Below are positions 9,952-20,134 of a stretch of DNA of 64,000 nt, piece after piece. Source of the stretch: Alphaproteobacteria bacterium. Lineage in GTDB: Bacteria; Pseudomonadota; Alphaproteobacteria; CAAGCB01; CAG-977. The stretch is from positions 15,276 through 79,275 of the forward strand of contig JAFVAT010000032.1 in NCBI GenBank assembly GCA_017480385.1, written 5' to 3'. The notes under the pieces are model-generated. The model was given only the letters and a program-made list of their open reading frames with translations, did not search any database and was not told the origin of the DNA. The position numbers and the translations under genes were made by a program. Each line of letters opens with the position of its first letter. Positions within the stretch are counted from its first letter, which is position 1.

Positions 9952-10146
9952 AATGACGAAACCTCATCGTTTTTTATCGGCCTCCTTTTTAATATACTTT
10001 TAAACGCAAACTGCAAGAAAGGAAAGAGAATTAAATTTCTTCCCCCGTCTCCTTTTTATCAAACAGGCGATATAGCTTTGTTGCCGTATAGGAAAAGAGA
10101 CTTTTTTTCCTTAGACTTGAGGGCAAATATTTGACGGGAGAATTTT

Positions 10147-12693
10147 ATGATTAAAGATAAAATATTAGAAATTTATGCCCCTGTTTCGGGAAAAACGCAG
10201 TCGATTGAAACTGTTCCGGATCAAGTCTTTGCGCAGAAAACGATCGGAGACGGCATTTCTATCGCGCCGTCTTCTTTTGTACTGTGCGCTCCATGCGACG
10301 GAACAATTGTTAATATTCATTCATCCAAACACGCTTTGACGCTGCAAACGCAGCAGGGCATCGATATTTTAATGCATGTGGGATTGGATACGGTTTTGCT
10401 GCGCGGCGCCGGATTTGATTTAAAAGTGGCCGTTGGACAAACGGTAAAAAAGGGAGACTGTTTAATCGCCTTTGATCATCATATCATTGAAAAGAATGGA
10501 AAAAGCCTGCTGACGGAAATTGTTGTCGCCAATATGGAGCAAACCGCGGGCATAACGGCAATGACCGACAAAGATGTTCAGGCGGGAAAGGATATTATTT
10601 TAACGGTTGCTTTGAAAAAAAACGCGCAGATTATTCCGATGCCTTCTGTCAAAGGAATGAAGGCGGAATCTTGGGAAATAGAGATTAAAAATCCGGCGGG
10701 CCTGCATGCGCGTCCTGCCGCCGTTTTGGTCAATGCGGCCAAACGGTTTGCCAGTCAGATCGCTTTAACGTGTGCCGGCAAAAGCGCTGATGCCAAAAGT
10801 CTGACCGCCATAATGGGGCTGGACATTAAAAACGGGGATCGGGTGCGCTTGACGGTGGAAGGCTATGATGCCTCAGAGGCTATGAAAAAGTTAATTCCCT
10901 TGATTGAAACGGGATTGGGCGAGGAATTGTCGGCGGCGCCTGTTGTTGTCGAAGAGCCAAAAGAGCTTCCGAAAGGAAAAGATCAGGAAAATCTTTTTTT
11001 TGGCATAGCGGCGTCTCCCGGCATGGCTGTCGGTGTGGCCGTTCGGCTGCAAGATGCGGCGATTGAAGTTGAAGAGTTTGGGGCATCTCCGTCAAAAGAA
11101 AGGGAAAAGTTAGCTTCAGCCTTGGCGGAAGCAGGAGATGAGCTGAATGATCTGTATGAAAAAACGTTAAAAAAAGCAGGGCCGGACAAAGCGGCTATTT
11201 TCTCTGCACATCAGGAATTGCTGGAGGATCCCGAATTAGTCAAAAAATCTCAGGAGCTGATTGACAATGGCCGCAGTGCTGCTTTTGCCTGGCAGCAGAC
11301 AATTAATAAGCAGGCGCAGCGTTTTGCCGAAATGAAAAATTCTTTATTGGCCGAACGGGCAGGGGATCTGCAGGACGTCGGCAAGCGGGTGCTGCGGCTG
11401 CTGACGGGGGAAGTCGAACAGAAGGTGTGCTTGCCGGAAAATGCGGTTGTTATTGCGTATGATTTAACGCCTTCGGATACGGCTTTGCTGGATCGTGACA
11501 AGGTTGTCGGATTTGCAACCGTCAGCGGTGGAGCTTCGTCCCATGCCGCTATTTTGGCCAGATCCATGATGCTGCCGGCTGTTTCCGGCTTATCGGAAAG
11601 CGTGTTGAAGATTTTGAACGGGACGCCCGTTTTGCTGAACGGAACGACAGGAGAACTGCATCTGAACCCCGATGAAAAAGAAAAGCAGTCGGCTGTCCGG
11701 CAAAAAGAAACCGAACGCAAAACGCAGGCGGAACTGTTTGAAACCCGAAACGAGCCGGCGGTAACGACGGACGGCGTGCGTTTGGAAATTGTCGGCAATA
11801 TCGGCAGCGCAGAAGAAGCGGGACGGGTAGCCGCGGCGGGCGGTGAAGGGATTGGACTGCTGCGGTCCGAGTTTTTGTTTTTAAACCGGCAGGAAGCGCC
11901 TTCAGAAGCCGAACAAACGGCGGTATACCGTGCGGTCGGAGAAGCCATGGGCCCAAACAGGCCGGTCATTGTCAGGACATTGGATATCGGCGGGGACAAG
12001 GAAGTGCCGTATATCAAAGAACCAAAAGAGGACAATCCCTTTTTGGGAGTGCGCGGGCTGCGGCTCAGTTTAAAGCATCAGGAGCTTTTCCGTTCTCAGA
12101 TCCGTGCCATTTTAAAAGCGGCGGACAAAACAAAAATCAGAATCATGTTTCCGATGATCACAATATTGGAAGAAGTAAAACTGGCGAAACAAATTGTTGA
12201 AGAGGAACGAAAAGCTCTGAATGCTCCGCCGGTCGAAACGGGAATTATGATTGAAGTTCCGGCGGCGGCAATGACAGCGGATATTTTAGCTCCTTATGTT
12301 GATTTTTTTTCAATCGGCACGAATGATTTAACGCAGTATACAATGGCGTGCGACCGCGGCAATCCGGCTTTGTCCTCATTATCGGACGGTTTGCACCCCG
12401 CTGTTTTGCGCATGATCAAGATGACGGTTGAAGGGGCGGAAAAGCACGGCAAATGGGTCGGTGTGTGCGGCGCTATGGCAGGGGATCAAAATGCTGTGCC
12501 CGTATTGATCGGTTTGGGGGTTAAGGAATTAAGCGTCGTATCGCCGTTGATTCCGGGCATTAAAGCGCAGATTCGTTCTTTATCCATGTCCCGGTGTCAG
12601 GATTTGGCCCGTTTGGCCGTCGGGCAGGAATCGATTCAGGACGTTTATCAAATTATCAAAAGTTTTTTAACAGATCAGCAGCGGGGAGAATAA
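10147..12693 (+). CDS. ptsI: PTS multiphosphoryl transfer protein: EIIA(Glc)-HPr-Enzyme I fusion
   Basis: N-terminal EIIA-Glc domain (HVGLDTV active-site His), HPr domain (GLHARPAA), then the full PEP-utilising Enzyme I; 848 aa. Confidence 0.85.
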   Translation: MIKDKILEIYAPVSGKTQSIETVPDQVFAQKTIGDGISIAPSSFVLCAPCDGTIVNIHSSKHALTLQTQQGIDILMHVGLDTVLLRGAGFDLKVAVGQTVKKGDCLIAFDHHIIEKNGKSLLTEIVVANMEQTAGITAMTDKDVQAGKDIILTVALKKNAQIIPMPSVKGMKAESWEIEIKNPAGLHARPAAVLVNAAKRFASQIALTCAGKSADAKSLTAIMGLDIKNGDRVRLTVEGYDASEAMKKLIPLIETGLGEELSAAPVVVEEPKELPKGKDQENLFFGIAASPGMAVGVAVRLQDAAIEVEEFGASPSKEREKLASALAEAGDELNDLYEKTLKKAGPDKAAIFSAHQELLEDPELVKKSQELIDNGRSAAFAWQQTINKQAQRFAEMKNSLLAERAGDLQDVGKRVLRLLTGEVEQKVCLPENAVVIAYDLTPSDTALLDRDKVVGFATVSGGASSHAAILARSMMLPAVSGLSESVLKILNGTPVLLNGTTGELHLNPDEKEKQSAVRQKETERKTQAELFETRNEPAVTTDGVRLEIVGNIGSAEEAGRVAAAGGEGIGLLRSEFLFLNRQEAPSEAEQTAVYRAVGEAMGPNRPVIVRTLDIGGDKEVPYIKEPKEDNPFLGVRGLRLSLKHQELFRSQIRAILKAADKTKIRIMFPMITILEEVKLAKQIVEEERKALNAPPVETGIMIEVPAAAMTADILAPYVDFFSIGTNDLTQYTMACDRGNPALSSLSDGLHPAVLRMIKMTVEGAEKHGKWVGVCGAMAGDQNAVPVLIGLGVKELSVVSPLIPGIKAQIRSLSMSRCQDLARLAVGQESIQDVYQIIKSFLTDQQRGE

Positions 12694-12694
12694 A

Positions 12695-14479
12695 ATGACG
12701 ATAGGAAGAAAAGCGTTTATGTTTTTGCAGCAAATCGGAAAATCCCTGATGCTGCCGGTGGCCGTCCTGCCGGTGGCGGGGCTGCTCTTGGGAATAGGAT
12801 CGGGGCTTTTGAATGCGGAAATCAGCTGGATTCCGGCGGTTATTCCTCAGGTGATGAGCCAAAGCGGCAGTGTGATTTTTGACAATATGCCCCTGATCTT
12901 TGCGATCGGTACGACGCTGGGGTTGACGGATAACGACGGTGTGGCGGCTTTAGCGGCGGTGACGGGCTTTTTGGTGCTGCAGGCAACGATGGGAGTCATG
13001 GCGGACGTGCTGTGGTTTCATGTTTCCGCCGGTCAGGAAACGTTGGGCGTTTTGGCGCAGGCGCTGGAATATGATGTCGCTTTTGCCCGTCGGATTGTCG
13101 CGACAAATGCCGGTATAAAAACGATTCAGACGGGTGTTTTCGGCGGATTGTTCATCGGTGTGGTTGCCGCTTATGTTTACAAGCGGTTTTATCGGATTCA
13201 ATTGCCGCCGTACTTAGGTTTTTTCGCGGGCAAGCGTTCCGTGCCGATTATCACGTCTTTGGTGGCGATTGTTCTCGGTGTGTTTTTAAGCCTGTTCTGG
13301 CCGCCGATTCAGGAAAAGATCAACGAATTTTCGATGTGGGCGGCTTACAGCGCGCCGACGGTTGCCGGAGCAACGTACGGCTTTGTCGAACGTCTGCTGC
13401 TGCCGTTCGGGCTGCATCACATTTGGAATGTGCCGTTTTTCTTTGAAATCGGGTCTTATACGAACAAGCTGGGCGAAGTCGTTACCGGCGACATTCCCCG
13501 CTTTTTCGCCGGCGATAAGACAGCCGGCATTTTAGGCGGCGGTTTTCTGATTAAAATGTTCGGTCTGCCGGCGGCGGCTCTGGCCATTCTGCATACGTCC
13601 AGGCCGGAAAACAAGCTGAAAGTCAGCGGCATTATGGCGTCGGGCGCTTTGACGGCATTCCTGACGGGAATCACAGAACCGCTGGAATTTACTTTTCTGT
13701 TCGCTGCGCCGATGCTGTATTTCATTCATGCGGTCATGGTCGGTTCGGCCTTTGCCGTCATCAATCTGGTCGGAGCGCATATCGGCTATACTTTTTCGCA
13801 GGGAGCCATTGATTTTGCTTTGTTCTATCCTTTGGATACAAAACCTTGGGTTATCTTTATTTTAGGGCCGGTTTATGCTGTTCTGTATTACGTCGTGTTT
13901 CGATTCTGCATTTCGTTTTTCAACATGAAAACGCCGGGACGGGACGAAGAGTTGGCGGTCTCCGCCGTTCCGGCGGCCGGTTCGACGGATCATGATGAAA
14001 AAATGTCCATGGCGGCAAGGCTGGTAGAAGCGTTCGGCGGGCGGCAGAACATTAAAAATTTGGACGCCTGCATTACGCGGCTGCGGCTGATTTTGAATGA
14101 TCCGGACAAAGCGGACGATGCAAAGCTGAAAGCATTGGGCGCAACGGGCGTTATGCGCGTCGGTTCAGGTGTTCAGGCGGTTTTTGGAACGGCTTCCGAG
14201 AATTTAAAAACGGATATGGAGGAATATCTGCGTTCTTATCCGCAAGACTCTGATGTCGATTCCGAACCGGTTAAGACGTTTTCTTTGTCTGAAACCGTAA
14301 AAAGGGCTTTGGGCGGAGAAAACAATATTGAAAACAGCAGTCATTTGGCCGACGGCGGTTTGCATATCAGGCTGAAAGATCAGGCCTTGATAGATGAAAA
14401 AAAGCTGCGAGAAGCTGGTGTGGAGCTGATGTTTAAAATCGATAACGGGCTGATTTACTTGTCGCCCTTTATTCCGTAA
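12695..14479 (+). CDS. PTS glucose-family transporter EIICB with an extra degenerate C-terminal IIB-like domain
   Basis: Polytopic IIC domain, then IIB domain with the phosphorylatable Cys ([10 protein letters not shown]). The last ~90 aa repeat the IIB fold signature but lack the Cys ([13 protein letters not shown]). Confidence 0.8.
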   Translation: MTIGRKAFMFLQQIGKSLMLPVAVLPVAGLLLGIGSGLLNAEISWIPAVIPQVMSQSGSVIFDNMPLIFAIGTTLGLTDNDGVAALAAVTGFLVLQATMGVMADVLWFHVSAGQETLGVLAQALEYDVAFARRIVATNAGIKTIQTGVFGGLFIGVVAAYVYKRFYRIQLPPYLGFFAGKRSVPIITSLVAIVLGVFLSLFWPPIQEKINEFSMWAAYSAPTVAGATYGFVERLLLPFGLHHIWNVPFFFEIGSYTNKLGEVVTGDIPRFFAGDKTAGILGGGFLIKMFGLPAAALAILHTSRPENKLKVSGIMASGALTAFLTGITEPLEFTFLFAAPMLYFIHAVMVGSAFAVINLVGAHIGYTFSQGAIDFALFYPLDTKPWVIFILGPVYAVLYYVVFRFCISFFNMKTPGRDEELAVSAVPAAGSTDHDEKMSMAARLVEAFGGRQNIKNLDACITRLRLILNDPDKADDAKLKALGATGVMRVGSGVQAVFGTASENLKTDMEEYLRSYPQDSDVDSEPVKTFSLSETVKRALGGENNIENSSHLADGGLHIRLKDQALIDEKKLREAGVELMFKIDNGLIYLSPFIP

Positions 14480-14509
14480 TCAATTTTTATTTTTAAGGAG
14501 TTTATTTCA

Positions 14510-15085
14510 ATGAAATCTATCAAAGGGACGCAAACGGAAAAAAATCTGTTAATGACATTTGCCGGAGAATCTCAAGCGCGTATGCGTTACACTTATTGGG
14601 CGCGGGTTGCCGAAAAAGAGGGCTATGAGCAGATCGCGGCAATCTTTTTGGAAACGGCGGATCAGGAAAAAGAGCATGCCAAGAGAATGTTCAAGTTTCT
14701 GGAGGGCGGAGATTTAGAGGTGACCGGCACTTATCCGGCGGGTCAGATTCGTTCGACGCTGGAAAACCTTGATGATGCGGCAAAGGGTGAAGAACATGAA
14801 TACAAAGAGCTTTATCCGATGTGTGCCGAAGTGGCGGAAAAAGAAGGCTTTCCTGAAGTGGCGCAGATGTACCGCGCCGTGATTGTGGCAGAAATATTTC
14901 ATGGTCAGAGGTACCGCAGGCTGCAGGAAAATGTTCGGTCGGGACAGGTTTTTAAACGTGAAGCTCCGAAAAAATGGCGTTGCCGCAAGTGCGGTTATGT
15001 TCACGAAGGCACGGAAGCCCCGAAGGTCTGTCCCGCTTGTCTGCATGAGCAGGCCTATTATGAGCTTGCCGCCGAAAACTACTAG
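14510..15085 (+). CDS. rbr: Rubrerythrin
   Basis: Ferritin-like di-iron ExxH motifs plus C-terminal rubredoxin-like CRKCG...CPAC; 191 aa. Confidence 0.85.
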   Translation: MKSIKGTQTEKNLLMTFAGESQARMRYTYWARVAEKEGYEQIAAIFLETADQEKEHAKRMFKFLEGGDLEVTGTYPAGQIRSTLENLDDAAKGEEHEYKELYPMCAEVAEKEGFPEVAQMYRAVIVAEIFHGQRYRRLQENVRSGQVFKREAPKKWRCRKCGYVHEGTEAPKVCPACLHEQAYYELAAENY

Positions 15086-15097
15086 CCGTAGGGGGTG

Positions 15098-15325
15098 GCG
15101 GCGCCACGGGCATAACGTCCTCCGGGTGGCAGCGCCACGGGCTTAACGCCCTCCCGGCGGGGGATTAGGCTCTGCCATTTGGCACGATATAAAAAAACTG
15201 ATCCCCGCACGGGTAGTGCCCTTCGGACAGGGTAGCGGCGCCACAGGCTTAACGCCCTCCCGGCGGGGGATTAGGCTCTACCATTTGGCACGATATAAAA
15301 AAACTGATCCCCGCACGGGTAGTGC
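15098..15325. repeat. Tandem intergenic repeat, ~106-bp unit x2 plus a 31-bp partial leading copy
   Basis: Copies 15131-15219 and 15237-15325 are near-identical (period 106 bp, a few mismatches). A partial copy sits at 15098-15127. A GC-rich hairpin (gtacccc..ggggagtac) follows. Confidence 0.8.
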
Positions 15326-15439
15326 TCCGTACGGCTAGTACCCCCACACGGGGAGTACTTTCCGGTTGAAAGAATAATAGGTGTCAGCGCTTTGCCAGTA
15401 ATTTCTTTGCTGTTCGTCCATAACAAGGGCTGATTTTTT

Positions 15440-15465
15440 AAAATTAGAAAATATTTTCTAATTTT
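15440..15465. promoter_or_regulatory. 26-bp perfect palindrome aaaattagaaaat|attttctaatttt in the AT-rich leader of the AAA ATPase gene
   Basis: Exact dyad symmetry read directly from the sequence, ~85 bp upstream of the likely start at 15549. Confidence 0.6.
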
Positions 15466-15548
15466 TTATATTTTAAATATATTTTTTGAATTTATTTTCA
15501 AGAAAATTATCCTATAATGAATGGAATGAAACATATGGAGAAATTCTT

Positions 15549-16742
15549 ATGATTGCCCGCGAAGAATATCTGAATAAACTGATCAGTCTGAAAGACAAAC
15601 AGCTTATCAAAGTCGTGACGGGAATGCGGCGTTCCGGAAAATCAACTCTGTTCGCGCTGTATCGGGATTATTTGTGTTCAAACGGCGTTTCCTCCCGTCA
15701 GATTCAATTCTATAATTTTGAAGATGCCGACAATGAGGAACTTTCAGACTATAAGGTTCTGCACGAACATATAAAAACGCACTTAGTTAAAGACAAAATG
15801 AATTACGTTTTTTTAGACGAGATTCAAAATGTCCCCTCGTTTGAAAAAGCCGTTGACAGTCTGTTTATCAAAGAGAATGTTGATTTATACATAACGGGAT
15901 CGAACGCTTATATGCTGTCGGGCGAATTGGCGACTTTGCTTTCGGGAAGATATATCGAAATTCAGATGCAGCCGCTTTCCTTAAAAGAATACTCCTCCGC
16001 GTTTCCGAATATGGGTGAAACAGAGCTGTTCCGTCAATACATTGCGAACAGTTCTTTTCCTTATACAATCGAACTGATCAAAGATCCGAAGAACGTCAGG
16101 GATTATCTGGACAGTCTGTATAACACGGTCATCGTCAAAGATATTTCCGATCGCAAAAAAATGACGGATACCAGACAGCTTAAACGTGTTTTCCGTTTTA
16201 TGGCGGATAATATCGGAAATCTTGTTTCCATTAAAAAGATCAGTGATACGATGTCCGCCGACAAACAGGATATATCAACGCATACGGTTGAAAGCTATTT
16301 GTCGTATCTGGAAGAAAGCTTCCTGCTGTATTCCGTTTCAAGATACGATATCAAAGGCAAAGATTATCTGCGGACGGGAGAAAAGTATTATCTTGCTGAT
16401 GTTGCGTTCCGTTCTTTGCTGTTAGGGGATAAAAAACAGGATTTCGGACGCGTTCTTGAAAATATCGTTTATCTGGAATTAAAACGGCGCGGCTGTCAGA
16501 TTTTTGTCGGCAAGTCAGGAAATCAGGAAGTTGATTTCGTCACGTTTAAGGGCGAGGATACAGAGTATTATCAGGTTGCTTTAAGCGTATTGGACGAACA
16601 GACGCTCAAACGGGAATTGAGCGCGTTGGAAAGCATTTCCGACCACAATCCCAAATTTTTAATAACGCTTGACCCATTTCCCGTTATTTCTCATAACGGG
16701 ATTAAACAAATAAACGCGCTGGACTGGCTGCTGAAGAAATAA
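15549..16742 (+). CDS. Orphan AAA-type ATPase (DUF4143-like ATP-binding protein)
   Basis: Walker A GMRRSGKST near the N-terminus and the general architecture of the widespread archaeal/bacterial AAA + DUF4143 proteins. The six-frame ORF begins at 15486, but the RBS-supported start (ggag-N7-ATG, MIAREEYL) is at 15549. GC content looks lower than in the flanks. Confidence 0.6.
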   Translation: MIAREEYLNKLISLKDKQLIKVVTGMRRSGKSTLFALYRDYLCSNGVSSRQIQFYNFEDADNEELSDYKVLHEHIKTHLVKDKMNYVFLDEIQNVPSFEKAVDSLFIKENVDLYITGSNAYMLSGELATLLSGRYIEIQMQPLSLKEYSSAFPNMGETELFRQYIANSSFPYTIELIKDPKNVRDYLDSLYNTVIVKDISDRKKMTDTRQLKRVFRFMADNIGNLVSIKKISDTMSADKQDISTHTVESYLSYLEESFLLYSVSRYDIKGKDYLRTGEKYYLADVAFRSLLLGDKKQDFGRVLENIVYLELKRRGCQIFVGKSGNQEVDFVTFKGEDTEYYQVALSVLDEQTLKRELSALESISDHNPKFLITLDPFPVISHNGIKQINALDWLLKK

Positions 16743-16812
16743 AATATCCGACAAAAAGCTTTCAGCCGAAAGCCAAATGCTGATGTATGCAGCTTGAAAG
16801 TCGTTGTTGACG

Positions 16813-17556
16813 CTATAATTTTCCGCGCAGGCACAGGCATACGGGCATCATCAGAGATATGCCCCATACGACGGCGGGACCGGCGGGCAGATCAAAATAA
16901 AACGAGGCAAGCAGACCGAGGACAAGGCCCGTTGTTTCTCCCGCATATTCAATCAGCCGGCGTTTGCGATCGTCAGTGATATATGCCGTTGCCACAGCCG
17001 GAAAAATCAGCGAAGCAAAGACCAGATAAACGCCGCAGACCTGCACGGACGTTGTGATCACGACGGCCAGAACGATATAAAAAAAACGTTTCAGAAACAT
17101 CACCGGTTTCAGATAAATCAGCGCCGTTGCCGACAGAAAAACCGTTCCGGCAAACGCGACTTTTCCCCAATCGGCAAAAAGCAGCTGTCCGGTCAGGATA
17201 TCGTTGATATGTTCGCTGCCGTGCGGATTGCCCGCCAAGACCAGAATGATCAGTGTGGCGGATAAAACAAAGATGCAGCCGATGACGGCTTCCGCAATTT
17301 CCTTAAAGTATGTTTCAACGGCTTTGAACAACAGGCCACCCGCCAAAGCGCACAGCAAGGCGGCCGCTTGGGACGTGACCGTCCCAAACTCTGCCATGCC
17401 GGCGAACACAGCTCCCATTGCCGCCAGCTGAGCCAACGACAGGTCAATAAAAATGATGCCGCGGCGCAGGACTTCCTGTCCTAAAGGCACATGAATCAAC
17501 ATCATTAACAGCCCGACCGTTAAAGCGGGCAACAAAATGGAAAGCTCTGTCAGCAT
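16813..17556 (-). CDS. znuB: Zinc/manganese ABC transporter permease
   Basis: 247-aa polytopic protein of the ABC-3 (ZnuB/MntB) type, adjacent to a ZnuA-like binding protein. Confidence 0.7.
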   Translation of the reverse strand: MLTELSILLPALTVGLLMMLIHVPLGQEVLRRGIIFIDLSLAQLAAMGAVFAGMAEFGTVTSQAAALLCALAGGLLFKAVETYFKEIAEAVIGCIFVLSATLIILVLAGNPHGSEHINDILTGQLLFADWGKVAFAGTVFLSATALIYLKPVMFLKRFFYIVLAVVITTSVQVCGVYLVFASLIFPAVATAYITDDRKRRLIEYAGETTGLVLGLLASFYFDLPAGPAVVWGISLMMPVCLCLRGKL

Positions 17557-17557
17557 C

Positions 17558-18457
17558 TTATTTCTCCATAGCTTGCAACATCAGATCGATGCTGTTTTCA
17601 AACAAATCAAACAGTGTTTTCGTTTGTCCGTTTCCGCCGACCGTATAAGGAAGGACAATGGCTTTGACGCCGGTTTGTCCTGACAGCCATTGCGCCGGCT
17701 TCGGACTTTCAAACGGGGCGTAGGCAATGAAGCGTACATTGTTTTTCCTGACCGTTTCTGTCAGTTCGCTTAAATGTTTAGAAGTCGCCGGAATCCCCGG
17801 TTTCGGTTCCAAAGTTCCTGCCGTTTTAATCTTCAGCCAATCAAATAAATAAGACATATTCCTGTGATTGGTGATAACGCTCGCACCGTTCAAAGCTTTT
17901 GCCTTTCTTTCCCACCTTTTGATATGTTCCCAAAAGACCGCCCGGAACGTTTTTTCATTTTCATGATAAAAAGCGGTGTTTTCAGGATCGATCCCGGCCA
18001 GCTTTTCCGCAATTACAAAAGCCGTTTTCAGAAGGTTGTACGGATTCAGATGCAAGTGCGGATTGCCGTCAGGGTGGACATCGCCGTCCGCGCGGTCAAT
18101 GCGGACGGGCTTTTCAATCGTATCGATGTAATATGAGGCATAAATCAGATTGTCGCCGCCCTCCTGCACTTTAGAAGAGCCTGCTTTGCGCAGAATTAAG
18201 GGCAACCAGCCGACTTCCAGATCGGCACCCGAACAAATCACCAGATCCGCTTTTCTGATCTGCGCGATCAGACTGGGGCGGGCCTGAATGAAATGAACAT
18301 CCTGCGTTGCCGTGGTCGCCGAATAGATATCGGCTTTATCCTGCGCGATTTCTTTTGCCAATGCCGCCCATTCCGGTTCGCAGGCAAAGATATTCAGCGC
18401 AAAAGCCTCCGTATGGCCCAGCAAAACGGAAAAGAAAATAAAGATGATTTTTTTCAT
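17558..18457 (-). CDS. znuA: Zinc ABC transporter periplasmic binding protein (TroA/ZnuA family)
   Basis: Signal peptide, cluster-9 SBP architecture, His-rich loop DGDVHPDGNPHLHLNP. Confidence 0.7.
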   Translation of the reverse strand: MKKIIFIFFSVLLGHTEAFALNIFACEPEWAALAKEIAQDKADIYSATTATQDVHFIQARPSLIAQIRKADLVICSGADLEVGWLPLILRKAGSSKVQEGGDNLIYASYYIDTIEKPVRIDRADGDVHPDGNPHLHLNPYNLLKTAFVIAEKLAGIDPENTAFYHENEKTFRAVFWEHIKRWERKAKALNGASVITNHRNMSYLFDWLKIKTAGTLEPKPGIPATSKHLSELTETVRKNNVRFIAYAPFESPKPAQWLSGQTGVKAIVLPYTVGGNGQTKTLFDLFENSIDLMLQAMEK

Positions 18458-18477
18458 AGCCTGTTCCTCCTTTCCGT

Positions 18478-19728
18478 TTAATAGCTGTGCGCCCCATGCG
18501 CGCCGAAGCTCATCGTGTACTGCACAATCAGCTGATTGTCGTTTTTAAAGCCGGTTTTGTCGCGGTTATACTGTACGCGTATGCGTGAAAACTCGGAATT
18601 ATCCCATTCCGCCATGACCGAATGCATTTCGGGTTTATGGTGTTCCGCGTTGAGTATCGTGTCCTCCAAAGCCGCCGGCGTTTCTTTCGGCTTCATCTGC
18701 GCATAGCGGTAACCGATTTTCCAATTCGTCAAAAACTTGAACGTGCTTTGGGCATACCAGCCGGAGGATTTGTTGTCGAACTTTCCGGCGGGGCCATCAG
18801 TGTCAATATAATTTCCTTTTTCATTACGGAACAGATATTCGCCCGAAAGGACAAATTCGCTTTCCTTATTGTTGCCGTTTGGCACAAAGGAATATTTCAG
18901 CGAGGCGGCATATAAATGATCCTTGCCCTCAAATCGTAAAGAGTCTGTCCGCCGTCCGTCCTCTGCGCTTTTGGCATAAAGGTAGGAAAATCCGGCCAGC
19001 CATGACTGGTTATCAGAGATGTCTCCGCCAACCCGCAGATAGCTGTTTGCCGCGCCGATGCCGGAGCCTTCAAACGCTGCGGGAAAATATCCGCCGCGAT
19101 AAGCGCCGCCGCCGATTTCCGCGTAAAAATCCGTCGGCAGAACAACGGACAGCTGCAAGCCGTCGTCTTTATAAGCGCTGTTCAGAAAAACGCGGTACGG
19201 CAAGGGTCTGTCGGCAAAGTCGTCTGTATGAGCGTGTTTTTCGTTCAGAGAACCGAAGACGGGCTTTAAACGCCCGAAAGTCAGGTTCAGACCGTAGGGC
19301 AGACCGATGGACTGAATGAAAGCTTCCTCCAGTTCGATTTTGTCTTCCCCGTCTTCATTGACGATTGCGGCGGTCAGATTTGCCGAAAATTTATCGTCAA
19401 CATTTGCGCCGATCATAATTTCCGATTCTCCCAAACTGAACCCTTTGTCTGCAAATTCTCCTTCTTCGCCGACCTGAAAACCGATAATATCCTTTTCATC
19501 ACGGGAATAATGGGTATACGTGCCGTTTAAAACAACGCTGATATACGGATTGAACGCGCTTAAGCCGCTGCCGGATACGGGCTGTCGGTTCTGTTTCGTT
19601 TCCAAAGATTTGATTCTGTTTTCCAACAGATTGATGCGGTTCAGCAAATCCTGCTCTGTTGCCTGCGCCTGAAAGGGGCAAGCCAATGCCGCCATGGCGG
19701 CCAAAACCGCCGGTGTTTGATTTTTCAT
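18478..19728 (-). CDS. Outer-membrane porin-like protein with N-terminal coiled coil (DcaP-like architecture)
   Basis: Signal peptide, then a heptad coiled coil (LLNRINLLENRIKSLE), then alternating amphipathic beta-strands ending in an aromatic residue. Same strand as, and immediately upstream of, znuA. Confidence 0.45.
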   Translation of the reverse strand: MKNQTPAVLAAMAALACPFQAQATEQDLLNRINLLENRIKSLETKQNRQPVSGSGLSAFNPYISVVLNGTYTHYSRDEKDIIGFQVGEEGEFADKGFSLGESEIMIGANVDDKFSANLTAAIVNEDGEDKIELEEAFIQSIGLPYGLNLTFGRLKPVFGSLNEKHAHTDDFADRPLPYRVFLNSAYKDDGLQLSVVLPTDFYAEIGGGAYRGGYFPAAFEGSGIGAANSYLRVGGDISDNQSWLAGFSYLYAKSAEDGRRTDSLRFEGKDHLYAASLKYSFVPNGNNKESEFVLSGEYLFRNEKGNYIDTDGPAGKFDNKSSGWYAQSTFKFLTNWKIGYRYAQMKPKETPAALEDTILNAEHHKPEMHSVMAEWDNSEFSRIRVQYNRDKTGFKNDNQLIVQYTMSFGAHGAHSY

Positions 19729-19808
19729 AAATTTTTCCTTTGTTTATACAGAATACCAATCACCGGAAACTTGGTGCTTCCGATGACAATTTTAAAATCG
19801 GAATAAAT

Positions 19809-20093
19809 TTATGCGACGGGCGGTGCGCGGGAACTGTAGCCAAAAAATGAAGTCTGATCCGGAACAATATCCGCTTTAAAAAGCTTCAGCGGTGTTTCGG
19901 GACATTCAGGCGTTTTTAAAACAACGGCTGACGGCATATCCATGCCGGACAGCTCCGCCGCCGTTTGACAATAAAAGCATTGTTCATGAAAAAGAGCTTC
20001 ATCGGTATGATGAATATGGCCGGCAACAATAAATTGAGCCGTCAATAAACAGAAAACTGAGAATATTTTCAGACTTTTTCCAAACATTACCAT
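19809..20093 (-). CDS. Small secreted His/Cys-rich protein (possible metal-binding)
   Basis: 94 aa with signal peptide, HIHH motif and CFYC pair. Upstream of the porin gene on the same strand. Confidence 0.3.
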   Translation of the reverse strand: MVMFGKSLKIFSVFCLLTAQFIVAGHIHHTDEALFHEQCFYCQTAAELSGMDMPSAVVLKTPECPETPLKLFKADIVPDQTSFFGYSSRAPPVA

Positions 20094-20134
20094 AACTTAT
20101 CGGAGATCAGCCTGAATGTCAAATGAAGAGTTCC

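Noticed and set aside
11250-12035. 261-aa minus-strand ORF inside the ptsI fusion gene (also 11549-11956 and 10880-11189).
   Set aside because: Entirely contained within a strongly supported plus-strand gene. Ser/Ala/Pro-rich composition is typical of antisense reading of GC-rich coding DNA.
15098-15325. Tandem repeats considered as a possible CRISPR array.
   Set aside because: Only ~2 copies, the unit is 106 bp with no interspersed unique spacers of constant length, and no cas genes are nearby.
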